A stretch of DNA of 64,000 nucleotides, from the NCBI RefSeq assembly GCF_009914755.1, contig NC_060933.1; one strand, given 5' to 3'. This document shows, in pieces, positions 50,681 through 63,826 of this stretch; the first letter of the stretch is position 1; each line of letters starts with the position of its first letter. This DNA is from the human T2T-CHM13v2.0 reference genome, Homo sapiens. The translations under genes were made by a program, and so were the position numbers. Under the pieces are notes generated by a model that saw only the letters and a list, made by a program, of their open reading frames with translations, was not told where the DNA came from and did no database searches.

Positions 50681-52465
50681 GACCACCTTCTATTTATCTG
50701 CCAAGTCCACAGAAACACAGAGGCCAGCAACAGCCTGAAAAGTCACTTACAAATGCACAGCAAATGAGAAACGTGACCAAGCAGGGGAAAAAGAAACATA
50801 CCCTCTTGCCCAAAAAAATACGGGCAAAGATAACAAACAAGTGATTCACCAGAGAAGGAGAGTAAGGGACAGATGCTCTTACCCAGAATCTGCAATTTTA
50901 CCCAGAATTAAGTTTTTCTATGTCTTTACCATAGAAAAAGACACTATTTTTCACCTTTCAAATGGGCAAGTAATTTTTAATAATGCCCAAGATATGGGAA
51001 GACATGGGAAAAGACACCTACACAAACTAATAGAAAGGAAAATGTTACAATCTTTAGGTTCAGATTTGGCCAAAAAAAAACAAGCAAACAAAAAACAAAG
51101 TCCTTAAATATGAACAACCATTCCCCTCGCAGGAACGTGGCCTGAGGGAAATCATCGTGGCTGGACGGAGACTACTGCACAGATGGAGAGGAGACAACTT
51201 GACCTCCAGCAACACTGAGATCACAGAAGGGCCACAGGGGAGTCACTGGAACGGCTGAAATCAGATATCTGGCCAATGAGCAGAAACTCACTGCACAGTA
51301 CCGTACCAAGCAGAAACGTGGCTTACGACAGAAAGCACAGTAGGCTCCCCACTGTGTTGTAGGCCTATATAACACATACAAATCAAGAAAAACTATCAGA
51401 ATTTTTACCAAAATGTTAACCATTTTCATAGGTGATAAGATTACGGGTAATTTACATTTTATTCTTTTTGTTCATCCATAGTTTCTACATTTTCTATAAC
51501 TATGTCATTTCTAATACGAGGAAAAATCAATAAAAGATATTAAAGAAAAGCTAAAATTTGACTTTTGATCACAGGAAGCTTCCACTAGCATTACAGGAGC
51601 GTCCCCGAAGCTCAGGCTCCTCTGGAAATGTGAACTAGGCCTGAACACCATTTTCCACAGAATTCTTGCAAGCACTTCCCACATGCACGCCGCCAGGTGA
51701 GAGCCAGGGATGAGTGAGACATGGCGCTCACCACCAAGAGGCGTCCTCATGGGTAGAGGCAGAGTGGGGCAGAGATGCTACTGGCTGACACCCAAATCTG
51801 AACTAGGGCCCGGAGGCTCCACTGAGTCCTAGAAAACCCTGTGGCTTTCTGTCCCTACCTCACCGCAGGATAAGGAAATGTAAGGAGTCTGCCCATCCAC
51901 CTGGTTCACCAACCCCAAGCTTGGGTAGGAAAACAGCTCAAGAGCAGGGCAACTGTCTTAGAAAAAGTCGAAACACAAACGTCTGCCAACTCCTGACAAA
52001 GACCCGCCTTTCACAGCGACGGAGGGGTCTTCCAGGGAGCCAGCAGATGGAGCACCGGCCTGGCTCTGCATGTGCAAGCTAACTATCAGTAACTCCAGAA
52101 CCATCCTGCGTGAGCCTCTTATTCAGGCGCGCTAATACAGCCTCACATGGGGCCACACAACCTTCTAGTTCCTTTGCTGTGTTAATGCGCAAACTTAAAC
52201 ACCTTTTTGCATATCAGGATGCTTACTAACCAAAGGCTCCGGTAAGGTAACCTTATAAATCATTAGACACTACTAAAAGTAAACATTCTTTACATATATT
52301 GTATTTAAAATTACACTATGAGCTTCTAAATGTAAAAGGAGAAAACAGCATTTGGGAAAATGCCATTTTTTTTCCTTAATAATCAAAATGCTTCTGAAGG
52401 CATTTTGATAAACTCCTTTATTGCATATAGGTGCATACTATGAAAATAAAAAGAAATTATTCACT

Positions 52466-52778
52466 GGCCAGGTGTGGTGGCTCATTCCTGTAATCCCAGC
52501 ACTTCAGGAGGTCAAGGAGGGAGGACTGTTTGGGCCCAGGAGTTCGAGACCAGCCTGGGCAACACAGTGAGACTCCCTCTCTACTAAAAATTAAAAAAAA
52601 TAAAAAAATTAATTAGCCAAGCATAGTAGCACGTGCCTGTGATCCCAGCTACTCAGGAGGCTGAGGCAGGAGGATCACTTGGAGCCTGGGAGGTCAAGGC
52701 TGCAGTAAGCCATGATCGTGCCACTGTACTCCAGCCTGGGGGACAAAGTGAGACCCTGTCTCAAAAAAAAAAAAAAAA
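52466..52778 (+). mobile_element. Alu (AluJ-like)
   Basis: Dimeric Alu, A tail. Confidence 0.88.
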
Positions 52779-53037
52779 TTTAAAGGCACTCAAAGTACCG
52801 ACATGTGCTGCATTTTCAGATATAAATTCATCACCCTCTACTCTCGGCCTGCGGGAGAAACACCTGCTTGCTTTGCTTCTTTTTAACTACAGCAGACACA
52901 TTTCTGGACACAAAATATGACTGGTCCCAAATGAAGGGCTGGGTCTCAGCGTGACAGACAAGGTGTGCTGCTCTCAAGTGAAAAGGAGACCGGCCACAGA
53001 AGCAGAGTCACACACCACATCTAGGCAGGGCACTCAC

Positions 53038-53199
53038 CTTGTTGATCCAGAACACCATGGCATCCTCGAGGTCGTACGGAAGTTCTTTCGAGGCACTGAA
53101 CGTTGAGAAGCGCTTGACACTGGCCACCACCTTCTCGATGCTGATCATCTCCACAGTGTAGGCCATCATCAGGGCATCCACCATTGCCATGTGGGCACT
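53038..53199 (-). CDS. CAMSAP1: CAMSAP1 coding exon 3 (162 nt, phase 0-0)
   Basis: gcccctag|AGTGCCCAC ... AACAAG|gtgagt. Encodes SAHMAMVDALMMAYTVEMISIEKVVASVKRFSTFSASKELPYDLEDAMVFWINK. Confidence 0.97.
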
Positions 53200-54220
53200 C
53201 TAGGGGCAGAGGCAGCAGCTATAATCCCTCAAACCCACCCCTCTTACCAGGTTCTGATGCAGGGAACCTGCTCATACTCAGCATTCTGGCCTAATTTCTT
53301 CATCCCTCGCCCTTTCCGTCTGAAGAGATACTCAGATTTGAGACCTGCCTCCCCCGCACCATCACTGTTCCAAGCCTGGCATTTCTGGTCAAGCCTCAAG
53401 ACCGTCTGGAACCAGGAGTCCGTTCTCAGGCAGGCAGGCCAGCCCTGTGGCCCACAGTGCACTGTCTCACACTGTCCTTTCTTATCTCCTCAACAGCCCT
53501 GTGGGACTCCCAGGAAAGGCGGTGCAGCTCCCAGGTCGTGGTTGTGGGAAGGCAGACAGGAGACCTGCCCCAGGCCAACTGCCCACCAGAGGCCTCTGGC
53601 TCCTAGTCCAGAGCTCTACCTGCTACAGCTGCACCACGCCTTAGTGCAGCTTCCTCATTCGACAGGAATGACACTCTCTTCAACCACCGCACGGCACCCG
53701 CAGTCTCACCGGGAACGCCATGGGAGCAACCAAACAAAGGCAGTGCAGGAGGCACCGAGAATGGCCCTGACCCAGAACGCTCTGGAAAAGGCACACCAGT
53801 AGCAAGGCTTCAGAGAAAGATGGGGGTGGGATACTTGGGGGAGAAAAAGGCAGACTGAGTTATTTTAGCACAAAGTATGCATGAAACAACCTAACAGAAT
53901 GGGTGCAACAATTACATTTCTCATCTGTAAAAAGTCTGCTTCAAGTATTTTTATTAACAGGCCTCACTCCAATCTCAGCATTCACAGAGCATTCCCAATG
54001 AGAAAAAGAGCTCAATGAAAGCTCTCTTTTCCCCATTCTCCACAACAGTCATGTGCTTTAAAAGATATGCAGTTTCCTAAGGAACGCCAGTGTGCAAAAG
54101 CACGGGTCTCCACCACCTCGCCGCACACCGTGTTCACACCATCCATGCACCAGGTGCGCCACACGAGAGCCCACGGCTCCAGAGGATGGCCCCTGGGGGC
54201 GGCCACCGCAGACCACTCAC

Positions 54221-54483
54221 CATTTTTATGGGTGCGCGACTGAGGTCGGACTCTGTCACGGGGGTGTCATCACTCTCCATCACATAGATCCCTTTCCGGG
54301 ACAGGGCCTGGATGACAGACTGGTGTCCCTGTAAGGCGGCCACCTGGTCCCCTTTCAGGATGAGGCTGCAGACACGGCAGTACAGCTCGCTGGACAGGAG
54401 AAGCTTGATAACAGGCGGCTTAATGTGCTCCTGCTCATACTGGTCAACGTAGAAAGGGTCTCTGAGGTCCTCAGGGATGTTAT
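54221..54483 (-). CDS. CAMSAP1: CAMSAP1 coding exon 2 (263 nt, phase 1 to 0)
   Basis: Minus strand ctgtcttag|ATAACATCC ... ATAAAAATG|gtgagt. Encodes (D)NIPEDLRDPFYVDQYEQEHIKPPVIKLLLSSELYCRVCSLILKGDQ...SRAPIKM, recognised as the CAMSAP1 N-terminal region. Confidence 0.97.
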
Positions 54484-54535
54484 CTAAGACAGGGAGGGGA
54501 TGACCAGGTGAGTGCCACACACAAGACCCAAAGGA

Positions 54536-54619
54536 AGGAGTTCAAGGCTGCAGTGAACTATGACTGTGCCACTGTACTCCAGCCTGGGCAACACAGGGAG
54601 ACCAAGTGTCAAAAAAAAT
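54536..54619 (+). mobile_element. Alu right-arm 3' fragment, about 50 nt from the exon 2 acceptor
   Basis: aggagttcaaggctgcagtgaactatgactgtgccactgtactccagcctgggcaac. Confidence 0.85.
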
Positions 54620-55109
54620 AATTGATTGATTGATTAAATGAGCAACTAACAACGTGAAAAGGCTCTAGGCTTTTCAATAATTCTACTGTCTTCTGTACTT
54701 ACAAAGGCAACTAACTGTAGCATCTCAGACTACTCTGTGAACACAGACAACTGAAATCATTTCGTGACCTCCACCGTGACCTCAAAGGATGACTGTCCTA
54801 ACTTAACAGCAGTAAGAAGGTAGACATGGGAGCCCTGAGTGTGTTAATGGGGCTGAGGGGAAACCAGCACAGGCTAGGACCATGTAGTGCCTGGGGACAC
54901 CAGCGGAGACAGCATGTGGGCAGGGCTGGCATCAGCCCGGGGAGGGAGCCCAGCATCCTCTTTCTGACATGAAAATCAGAAGTGATAACAGAGGGTGAAC
55001 ACCCATGGTCTTTACAGAAGAGGGAGCCAGGCAGGCGTGGTGCCACTGTAACCATGACGACACAGCAGCAGCAGCAGCAATCAGCCTTTATCCATTTTTG
55101 GACCAGGCA

Positions 55110-55290
55110 GCATCAAACTCTTGACATGAACCACGCTACTTAATCTTGCCACTGCAGTTCCCTCAAATGAGGACTACCATCTGCACATTACAAATGAGAA
55201 ATTGAGGCACAGAGAAAGTAAGTGCTCAAGGCCACAGGAGGCAGAGACCAGCCTGAACCCACACAATCTGATCCAGAGAGCCTACTGTAT
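55110..55290 (-). mobile_element. MIR SINE
   Basis: ttacaaatgagaaattgaggcacagagaaagtaagtgctcaaggccacag is the reverse MIR core. Confidence 0.8.
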
Positions 55291-56439
55291 ACTTCCGGCT
55301 GCAACATACGCCGCCTCCCACACAAACAGCGCAGGAGCAGCATACACACGGGACACCGAATGTGTCACAGCTGGCCTCACCCACTTTTCTAGCCTTGCCA
55401 CTATGCCCCTCACACTGTCTCACAAGACATCAACGGCTGTCCCACTAAAGACGGAGGACGAGGGATGTCTGCAGTCAGACACATTTCGGAAACACGTGAC
55501 CCCCAGGTCTTTAATGTGCCCCGCGCCCAACACTCTGCTAGGAGGTGCAGATACTCCCACCTCCACAGAGTTTAGAAAGGACTACCACCTCCACAGAACA
55601 GCTCATGAAGAAACCCCACTGACTCCTAGCGTTCAGACAACCAGTAACACTAGAGACATTCATGGGGACACTAACAAACCTGTCTTGTGTTCCGAGCCAA
55701 GCTCTCCTAAGCTCTTCCCCAGGGGAAGAACCAGCTGTGGCGATGGTTCCCCACAGCACCCCTCTCTCTCTGCTGCCATCTCTTCTGGCTTCCTTCACTA
55801 TTTTCCTGAGCCCTGAGTCACTTCATTATGGTCCCATGGAGTCTGGTCATTTCCCCACAATCTGAGCACCTCATAGCTGGTTTACTTCTAAACGGCAGCA
55901 GTCACCGTTTACACAGCATTTTTGTTTTAAGCATGGTTGTACACAATGATTAGGTCATCACGGCAACCCAAGGGCAGCCAGGGCTCCAGCTATGGAAGGC
56001 TGGCTTAGTGGATGTTAACAGACTCAAATCCTATACTTGCTGACCACATCGAGTAGCCCCCTAATCTGAAATCATTGGAACTTTTGAAATACAACAGAGC
56101 ACAGCAGTAACACAAGGAACAGGCCCCAATGCCAAGCACAACGGGAAGACTTCTGCTGTCCTTACAAACTGCTCAAGGAAAGCTGACCTGCAGAGGTGAG
56201 CACAGAGCCACCCCGCACACGCCGGAGTGAGACGTCCCAGGAAACAAGAGCAAGGTGGCCAGGGACAAACAGGCGGCCTGTGGGCCCATGTTTGTCCAAG
56301 TTCCCTCCACCCATGGGCCGTGGAGGGAAGTCAGGGGAGGGCACTGAGCAAGGGATCCCATAACCTGAAAACGTTTGCAGCAGTTCACACCGGCTGCGGG
56401 GAAAGATGCGACAGTCACTCTCAGCCTTCCTCTTATTCA

Positions 56440-56800
56440 ACTGACCACACCAGCAGCCCACCTAGTCAGGGCTCTTGGAGGGAGCTGCCTTTCTCCTTTC
56501 GGGGTACCTGGCCTCTTCCTCCCATCTCGCTGCCTGCTCCATCCCCATCTCCTAGGCCAGCTGCCCCTCACTTCTCCAAATATTGGAAGGGGCACTTCCT
56601 ATCTCACTCCTCCCTAATGACCTAATTCAGTCTCATGGCTAGAAATACCACAGACACACAGTCATCCCCAAATGTACATTTCTGGCCCTGATCACTTCCC
56701 TGAACTGCCTATCTGACATCTCCATGTAGATGTCTGGGGGCACCTCGAGCCTAACCGGCCTGGTCCAAGCCACCCTCTCCTCCCACTTAGACAACTGTGA
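56440..56800 (+). mobile_element. L2 fragment
   Basis: tccctgaactgcctatctgacatctccatgtagatgtct. Confidence 0.65.
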
Positions 56801-57559
56801 TGCAGTCCCCCTAGGAGAGCAGAAACTGGCACAGCTGAGGAGAAAGGCCCCAGGGGACCCCTCAGAGTGATGGCTCTGTGCAGAGTGGGAGACGGGACAG
56901 GCACGTAAGTGGAGGGCTGGCATTAGATGGAAGCAGGGTGAGCCCCAGGGAGAATGGCAGAGCCTACCTCACAGATGCAGAAACCTGGCCAGACAGGAAA
57001 AAGCAACCATGGCTCTGATTTAAGTTTCTCTTTTACAATCTACCAAGTAGAAACGTTTGCCATAGGGTGACCCACTTTTAAAATTAATCAATATAAAGTG
57101 ATTCATATAATCACCTTTTTGAATCATATATGAATATGCATAACACAACTAATTCACATAAATTTCAGATGCAGGAAAATGAGAGTTAAAGGAAAATGAC
57201 GCACTTACTAAAGATACAAGCTTCAGACTGTGGTGAAGCCCTCCTAACTGTATGTTACTCCTTTCCATCCGGCCTAAGGAAGACCCTGGCCAGACCCCCA
57301 ACTGGGTGACAGTGGCCACACTCCTCCATGGCCCTGCTGTGGCAGTTCTGCCCTCAGACACTGCACTTGTCCATGAGTAACTGGCTTCAGTGAAAGCAAC
57401 TACTGCGAGAGCTGGATGTGCACAGTTCTAGAACGTTTAACGTTCTATCAAAATCAATACCTACTTAAAAAAAAAAAAAAACTTTGTGATGCCTTCAATG
57501 TATTTCTAATAGTTTCTTGTTGTTTTTTCTACAAACCAGTAAGACTGTTAGAATTAATA

Positions 57560-59250
57560 CACATTCATTCGACAATTATTAAGTACCCATGTGAGCCAGA
57601 AAATGTACAAAAATGCCAGGGAGTCAAACAGGAAGAGATAAAGTCACTGTTCTCAGGCTGAGCCTCGTAAGACAACTGAAAAGTCAACAGGTAATTTCCA
57701 CGCAATGTGGAGGGTGTCACACAGGATGAGTGCTGGGGGACTGGGGTGCAGGAGACACCAGTCCCGCACTGAGGAGTGGGGCAGTGGGGCAGTGGGATGT
57801 GCAGGTGGAGAAGTTTCTTAGGGAAGGAAGCAGCCAGTAGGGGGGTGGGTAGGAGCGAGAGGAAAACATGAAAATGACCCTGTTAAGAGAATTTCAGCAA
57901 GTGACAGCAGTTCAGAATTGCGCGGAAGAGGCAAACTGGATGTTTCATTCATTAGCTCACCAGGCTCTTGTGCGTGCCTGCGCTGGGAGGACCTGGGCCC
58001 TGCGGGATCTGTCAGCAGAGCGAGACAGGCTTAGGCGGGCACACAAGGAATGCAATGAGACCACATCAAGTAAGGGGGTCAGACAAGCCAGAGGACGAGG
58101 AGATCCCATCTGCTGGAGCTCCCCGTAAACAAGAGTGGAGAATGAGCGTGGACCCAGGAGGCTGCTGTGGTCACCGCCAGGAGAGACAATGGAGGCTGAC
58201 ACAGGCAGGCAGCCCCGGGAAGGGGAACCACTGCCCAGGAGGCGTGAGCAGCAGGCCTGTGCCTGATGCAGTACGACAAAAACACCAAACTTATAATTCC
58301 TGCCAGCCTGGAGCAGGACGGTCCCTTTTCCTAAGACAGGAAACCAGTAGTGTGGAGGAGGAGGGCAGTCGGGGACAGGAGAGATGAGCCTGTGGGACCC
58401 AAGGGGAGCTTTGCAATGGAGAGGTGTAGAGACTGGAAGCGCAAGAGTAAAGGGACCAGCTGGAGACGTGCTTTGGAACCCATTACATATACACAGCCAT
58501 CGATGCCCAGGGGGACGAGTCATCCAGTGAGAGCCGGGCGCAGTGGGAGAAGCTGGTCAAGGCAACCTGAGGACACCAAGCCCACGGGACAGATGTCGGG
58601 AGAGAAGCCAAAGAAACGGACAAGTGAACAGAGAACGGGGCGGGGCCAGAACATGGTGCTGCCAAGGCCAGAGGAGGTTTTGAAGGGGCAGTGTGCACCA
58701 AGGAAGGCTGAGAAGGATGCATGCATGAAGACCACAGAGCCCGCCGGACTCAGCTGGCAGCCTCGGGAAGAGCATTCTGAGAACTGGTGAAGAGACAGCC
58801 GCAGGCACAGAAGGAAGGAAGTGAGAACAGCGGGAACTGTGCCTCTGCTCTGAGGGGAAAGTGTGGCCAAAAAAGATGTGTCTGCTTTAAGGATTGGAGA
58901 AACGGTGACGAAAGAAAACCCAATCAATGGGAGAGGCTGAAGAGGAGGAGGCTGCTCCTGAGAAAGGAGGCCCCTCGGGAGGCGGAGGGGAGGGATGCAG
59001 GGCCCAGGTAGGGCAGTGTCTTTCACTGGGTCAGGGTACAGACGCAGGGAAGGGGTGGGCGGCCCATCAGCACCTGCAGTTTGTCTTACTATGTTAAGCA
59101 GGAGGCAGGGCATCTGCTGAGTGGGAGGGCCCAGCCTGGAGGAAGTGGGGAGAAGTGCGGCTACAGGGGGCAGAGTGAAAGTCAAACAAGGACACGGGCA
59201 GGGCAGGGGCCCATGGAGACTGGAGACAAGAGTCGGCAACGGCACTGTCA
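57560..59250 (-). mobile_element. L2 fragment(s)
   Basis: cattcattcgacaattattaagtacccatgtgagccag (reverse L2 3' end) followed by a purine-rich L2-like body. Confidence 0.6.
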
Positions 59251-61530
59251 GGGTGGCAGCACTGTCACTCCTCGGACTGCTACGTCAGTACCCATGAGCA
59301 ACGCATTCGCAGTGGCTGCTGGACTGCTGTGGGGCAGGCCTCGGCGGGAGCCACACAGAAAGGCCCTGGGAAGGGGTCAGAAGACTCTAACCAGTCTGCA
59401 GTGGAAGTGAGGTCAACACTAAGTGCAGGAGGAACTCAGAGGGGTGGCAACTGACGGAGAGCAGGAGTTGGAGCGCTGGGGTCTCCCAAGGGCAGGGCCC
59501 AGCACAGCCACCTGGCCCAGAGTCCCAGCTTGGCCTCTTACTGGATCCCTCTGAACCCTGGCCCCCTACCTGTCCGTTCCGAACAACGAAAGGGTCTATC
59601 TCCTGCCCTGCGCCAGCTGAGCATAAGCTCTGTGGATGCACACGGGAGTCTCAGCTGTTATTCCTTCCGTCGCTATTACTGCAATGAGGATGAAAAGGCA
59701 GGTCAGGAAGTGGCCATCTGTCGACTGCAGCCCTCCCGCGGCACCTGCACGGGGCTCGGGAGGAGGTGTCCACACCAACCGCCAGCTCTTCCACGGCAGC
59801 ACACGGCAAAGACCCCTCTGGCAGGTGCTACAACTGTGGCCACTGCCCAACCTAAAGCCAGCTACTCCCGTAGCCTCCAACTCAGCCCCAGGAAAAAAGA
59901 CCAGGCCACTGCAGTGCCAGGCACAGCCCAGAGACGTGCAGGACAGTGAGTCTCTGCTCTGTTGCTTGTCTGAGCCACCTGGGAGCTGAGACCAGCTCTC
60001 CCAGAATGTCCCCGTGGGCGGCCTGGCTATCTGCATTTGACACTGAGAAAGTCACCTCTGCAGAGGCCCCAAAGGTGAGTGTCTCCACCTGGAAAACGTG
60101 GATACTCTTCCTGTTTGGATATAAGGAGTCAACGGAAATAATTCCAACTCAAGGTAAAAGCGACCAGTAGTCCACGCCCCAGCTCCATCCTGGAGAGGCC
60201 AGACACAAGGGTAAGAAAAGCTGATGTAATGGTCCCCACAGGGCCAAGACCACCTGACCCCCACCCAGGGACAACCAGTAACAAACTGCACCTTGACAGC
60301 GGAGCGCCAGGTGCACAGACAAGCACACACCCCACAGGGCGCTGGCCCGGGCATGCCACACCAGGCTCAGGTGCAGACTTGGCTTCCAGCCAGAAGGCCA
60401 GCAAGGGAGACCCTCGGGAACCCTCAGAGAGGGGAGAGGATCCCAGAGAAGAGGGGGCTGGATAGGGAGACCCTCTAAATCTGTGTCACATCCTGGCCAC
60501 TCCTGAAGCAACTACAGTGGCACAGCAGCCACTCTGAGGGCCACAGCCCACAGCCCAGCCAGAGCGGCAGGACGAAGACCGAAAATGAAACCTACGCTCA
60601 ACTGTATGTAGCCCCCAGGAGCAGGTCAGGGCCTGCAGTCTCGACGTAACTGGGTGGACTACCTGCTAGAACAAACCAAAACCAACACCTCAGGCCTCCA
60701 ACAGGACCCACGGCCTCCAAATACAATATTGCAAATGCCCAACACACAACCCAAAGCTCCTTAACAAAAAAGAAAGACCCACAGGAAAACCTGCAACTTC
60801 CAGGAGAAAAGGCAATGTCCCAAGGTTGGGACTGTCTGACAAGGAATTCAAAGTGACCATGGAACAATGCTCCAAGAAGCACAGGCAGAAGCCCGAACGA
60901 AACAAAAACTCTCACAGAAACTCAGAGAACTCCCAGCAAAGAGAAGCCCCAGTGTGGAGAAAAGACCAAGCCCGGAGCAGAGGCCACGTGCTGGTGAGGA
61001 GAGGCTGGAGGGGCTGCAGAGCCTGCCTGCTAGCAGCTGCCCTGGGCCATCTCATGAGCGCAGTGACAGAGACCTCACTGGGCCAGGAGGCAGACACTAA
61101 GGGGCAACCCTCATAGCCCCTCCTCCTCCTTCCCCTGAGCTCTTCTGAGAGGCCGTGGGAGCGCATGGGATGGTTAGAGTGGAGCACAAACTCTAAGGCC
61201 AGAGGCTCTGCACCTGAGGCCCGGCCGGCCACCCTCATTCACACCTCAGAAACCCAGCAGGAAAGGTGCTGGCACCAGGTCCTCTCCCCGTAAGCTCCCA
61301 CCCGTAGCTCGCTCCCCTGAGCTCACGAAGAAATCTCGAGGCCCCCAAGGGCCACAACCACTGCAACCGAAACACAAACTGCACAGCCTGAGCCTGGAAA
61401 GGAGGCATGGAGCAAAGGTGGGCAAAGGAGCATGGGAGGCCCCTCGGGGTGGGATGGGAGGGAGCCTCCTTCCAGGCACGGTGGACCCTGTGCTAGGCCA
61501 GTAAGCCCCCGTGGCAGACACAGTAGGACA

Positions 61531-61745
61531 GTGCACACAGCTCACACCCGCAGAGGCTCCGCATGCCCAACCCACACCCATGGAGGCTCCGCATGTACAA
61601 CTCACACCTGTGGAATGCTCCACACACATACAGCTCACACCCACAGAGCCTCTGCACACACAATCCACACCTGCAGGAGGCTATACACACACAACTCACA
61701 GCCACAGAGGCTCCACACACACAATTCACACCTGCGGGAGGCTCT
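61531..61745. repeat. Degenerate ~30-bp minisatellite (~7 copies, RCACACACAACTCACACCYRCRGAGGCTCC)
   Basis: Units start at 61531, 61561, 61591 and onward. Confidence 0.85.
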
Positions 61746-62284
61746 GGCCGGCCAACTGGGTGGTGAGGAATCACCAGGCCAAGTTCAGGCAGAAGACGCA
61801 ATCCAGAGAACCCGTCCCTCTTCCTGGACCGCGGTTTCCCCCTGAGGGCGCCTGGGAGGAGCTGTCCGTGCCAGGAGAGGTGGTAAAGACGGCAGGCTGT
61901 GTTTCTGGCACCGCACCTTTCTAAGGACAAAATCTGGACTCTAGGGCCTGCCCAATGACGCCTACCACATACTCTGGGTGGGTAACCTGAAGGGCTGCAC
62001 CCAGGAGCAGGAGCAAACGTGAAGCAGCCCAGCCTCAGGGGACTAGAGCACGGCTCTGAGGCACCTCCACCAGGGCCTCGCGTGGGGTGACCAGATCTGT
62101 TCCTGTCTCCAAGGGACCGCTGGAAGCCAACGGAAACTCCCCCTGGGAAAAGATTATATCTTAGGCCTCAGACTGTTTCCAAAATCTTTCACATACAATG
62201 GTCAGTTAAGCAAAATGACAAGACATCATGAGCAAAAGCCAGCAGAAACAGTAACAGAAGCAAGCTCCCAGACTCCTGAAGCCT

Positions 62285-63700
62285 GCCAAGATGAAGACAG
62301 TCCAAGACAGCCCCTCTCTCCCGCTGACAACAGCTAAAAACTCTGGACAAAAGACAAACACCTACCTAAGGACTCTGGAAAGTAAGCTGCAGCAGGCACA
62401 CTGGGGAGGAGGGTCCATCCTGAAGAAGGAACCCAAAACAGGGGACTCCTCAGGTTCGTTTTCTCTTTTCTGCCCTGGCTGGACCTGAGGGCAGCCCCAG
62501 ACAGCCAGGCTCAGAGAGAAACCCTGTCTTTCTCTGGCTAGAGGACGAGGAAAAGGGGCCCCTACAAGCTGGAGGGGGAATCCTGAGGGCTCCCACTTTT
62601 CTCTCCCAGCCTGACCCAGCTGGCTGCAGTCACAGAGCTGTGCAGTGGCAGCATGAGCAGCAGAAACAGGGAAGCCTAGGCACGGGGTAAGGAAGGAGGA
62701 AAGCCCATCTTTCTAGGCAGAGGCTGAGGAAGAAGGTTCCTCGGAGCCAGAAAGTGTGTAAGGAATTCACAAAAGGAGAGCTGGAGAGGGATCCCCAGAG
62801 ACGTGTATGAGCCTGCAAGATCTGGGCTTACTCCTGAGCTGTGTGTGCCTTGGGCAGGCCCGGGGCCACAGGCAAAAGCTGTGGAAGCTGAACCAACACT
62901 GCAGCCACCACCCATGACAGCAAAACGGACTCCTGGGCTGAACCCAATGGGGTTTATTGCAACCCAGCTGCAAAACAAAATCAACGTTATCCAAAGGACT
63001 TTAACAGGACCCAGAAACCAGTCTCACAGCATGATGTTCACAGAGCCCAATGTTCACAGAGCCCAATCCATAATTATTCAACAAAGAACCAGGAAAATGT
63101 GACCAATTTTCAAAGGAAGAGACAACCAACAGAGGCCAACCCCAAAATGACCCAGATGTTAGTTATCAAAGACTCTAAAACAGCTATTATAAGTTCCATG
63201 AGGTAAAGCTACACTCTCTTAAAATATATGAAAAAATAGAGATCTCAGCAGAGAAATTAAAAACTAGAACGAAAATTTCAGGACTAAAAAGTACAATGGC
63301 AACATAAAATTCACTGGATGCGCTCAACAGAATGGCAACGACAGAGGAGTCAGTGAATATGAAAATAGATCAATAGAAAGAATCCAATCTGAAGAACAGA
63401 GAGAAGAAACTGATGGGATAAAATGGCAAGTCTTGAAGTATGAGACGATGTCAAAAGTTCCAACACTGTCGGTAGAGAAAAGGTTGATGCAAAAAAGTAT
63501 ATGAATAAATATGGCCCAAATCTCCCCAAATCTGGTGAAAGACACCAATTTACAGGCTCAGGAAGCCTAGAAAACCCCAAACAGAATAAACTCAAAGAAA
63601 ACCGTGTGCAGACATGGTTCATAATAAACTGCTGAAGACCAAAGGTGACGAAACAGGCCCGCAGGACCCCACAACTTGAGGTACCAGCCACAGACTTTCA
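62285..63700 (+). mobile_element. Old L1M 5'UTR and ORF1 remnant
   Basis: ccaagatg start-like motif; ORF1-like aaaattcactggatg, aaatctccccaaatctggtgaaagacac, cataataaaactgctgaagacc. Confidence 0.6.
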
Positions 63701-63826
63701 GTTACCATGCTTCAAACAATAGCAACAAAAAAGACACGATTAAAATTTTGGACAGAAAAGTGGAAATTACAAAAAATCAAAAGAAGAAGAAAAAAGAACT
63801 TGACAGATTAGAAAAAGAACAAAATA

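Larger units (their letters stand above)
53038..54483 (-). ncRNA. circCAMSAP1 locus (exons 2+3, 425-nt back-spliced circle)
   Basis: Exon lengths 263+162=425 are read from the sequence. The abundant exon 2-3 circRNA is recalled from literature and cannot be seen in DNA alone. Confidence 0.75.

Noticed and set aside
53191-53802. 203-aa + strand ORF in intron 2; likewise 55202-55816 and 58520-59245
   Set aside because: Non-ATG or weak starts, no recognisable domains, GC-rich intron or MIR/L2-derived sequence.
55064-55079. Short (CAG)n run
   Set aside because: Only 4-5 units, intronic, within chance expectation.
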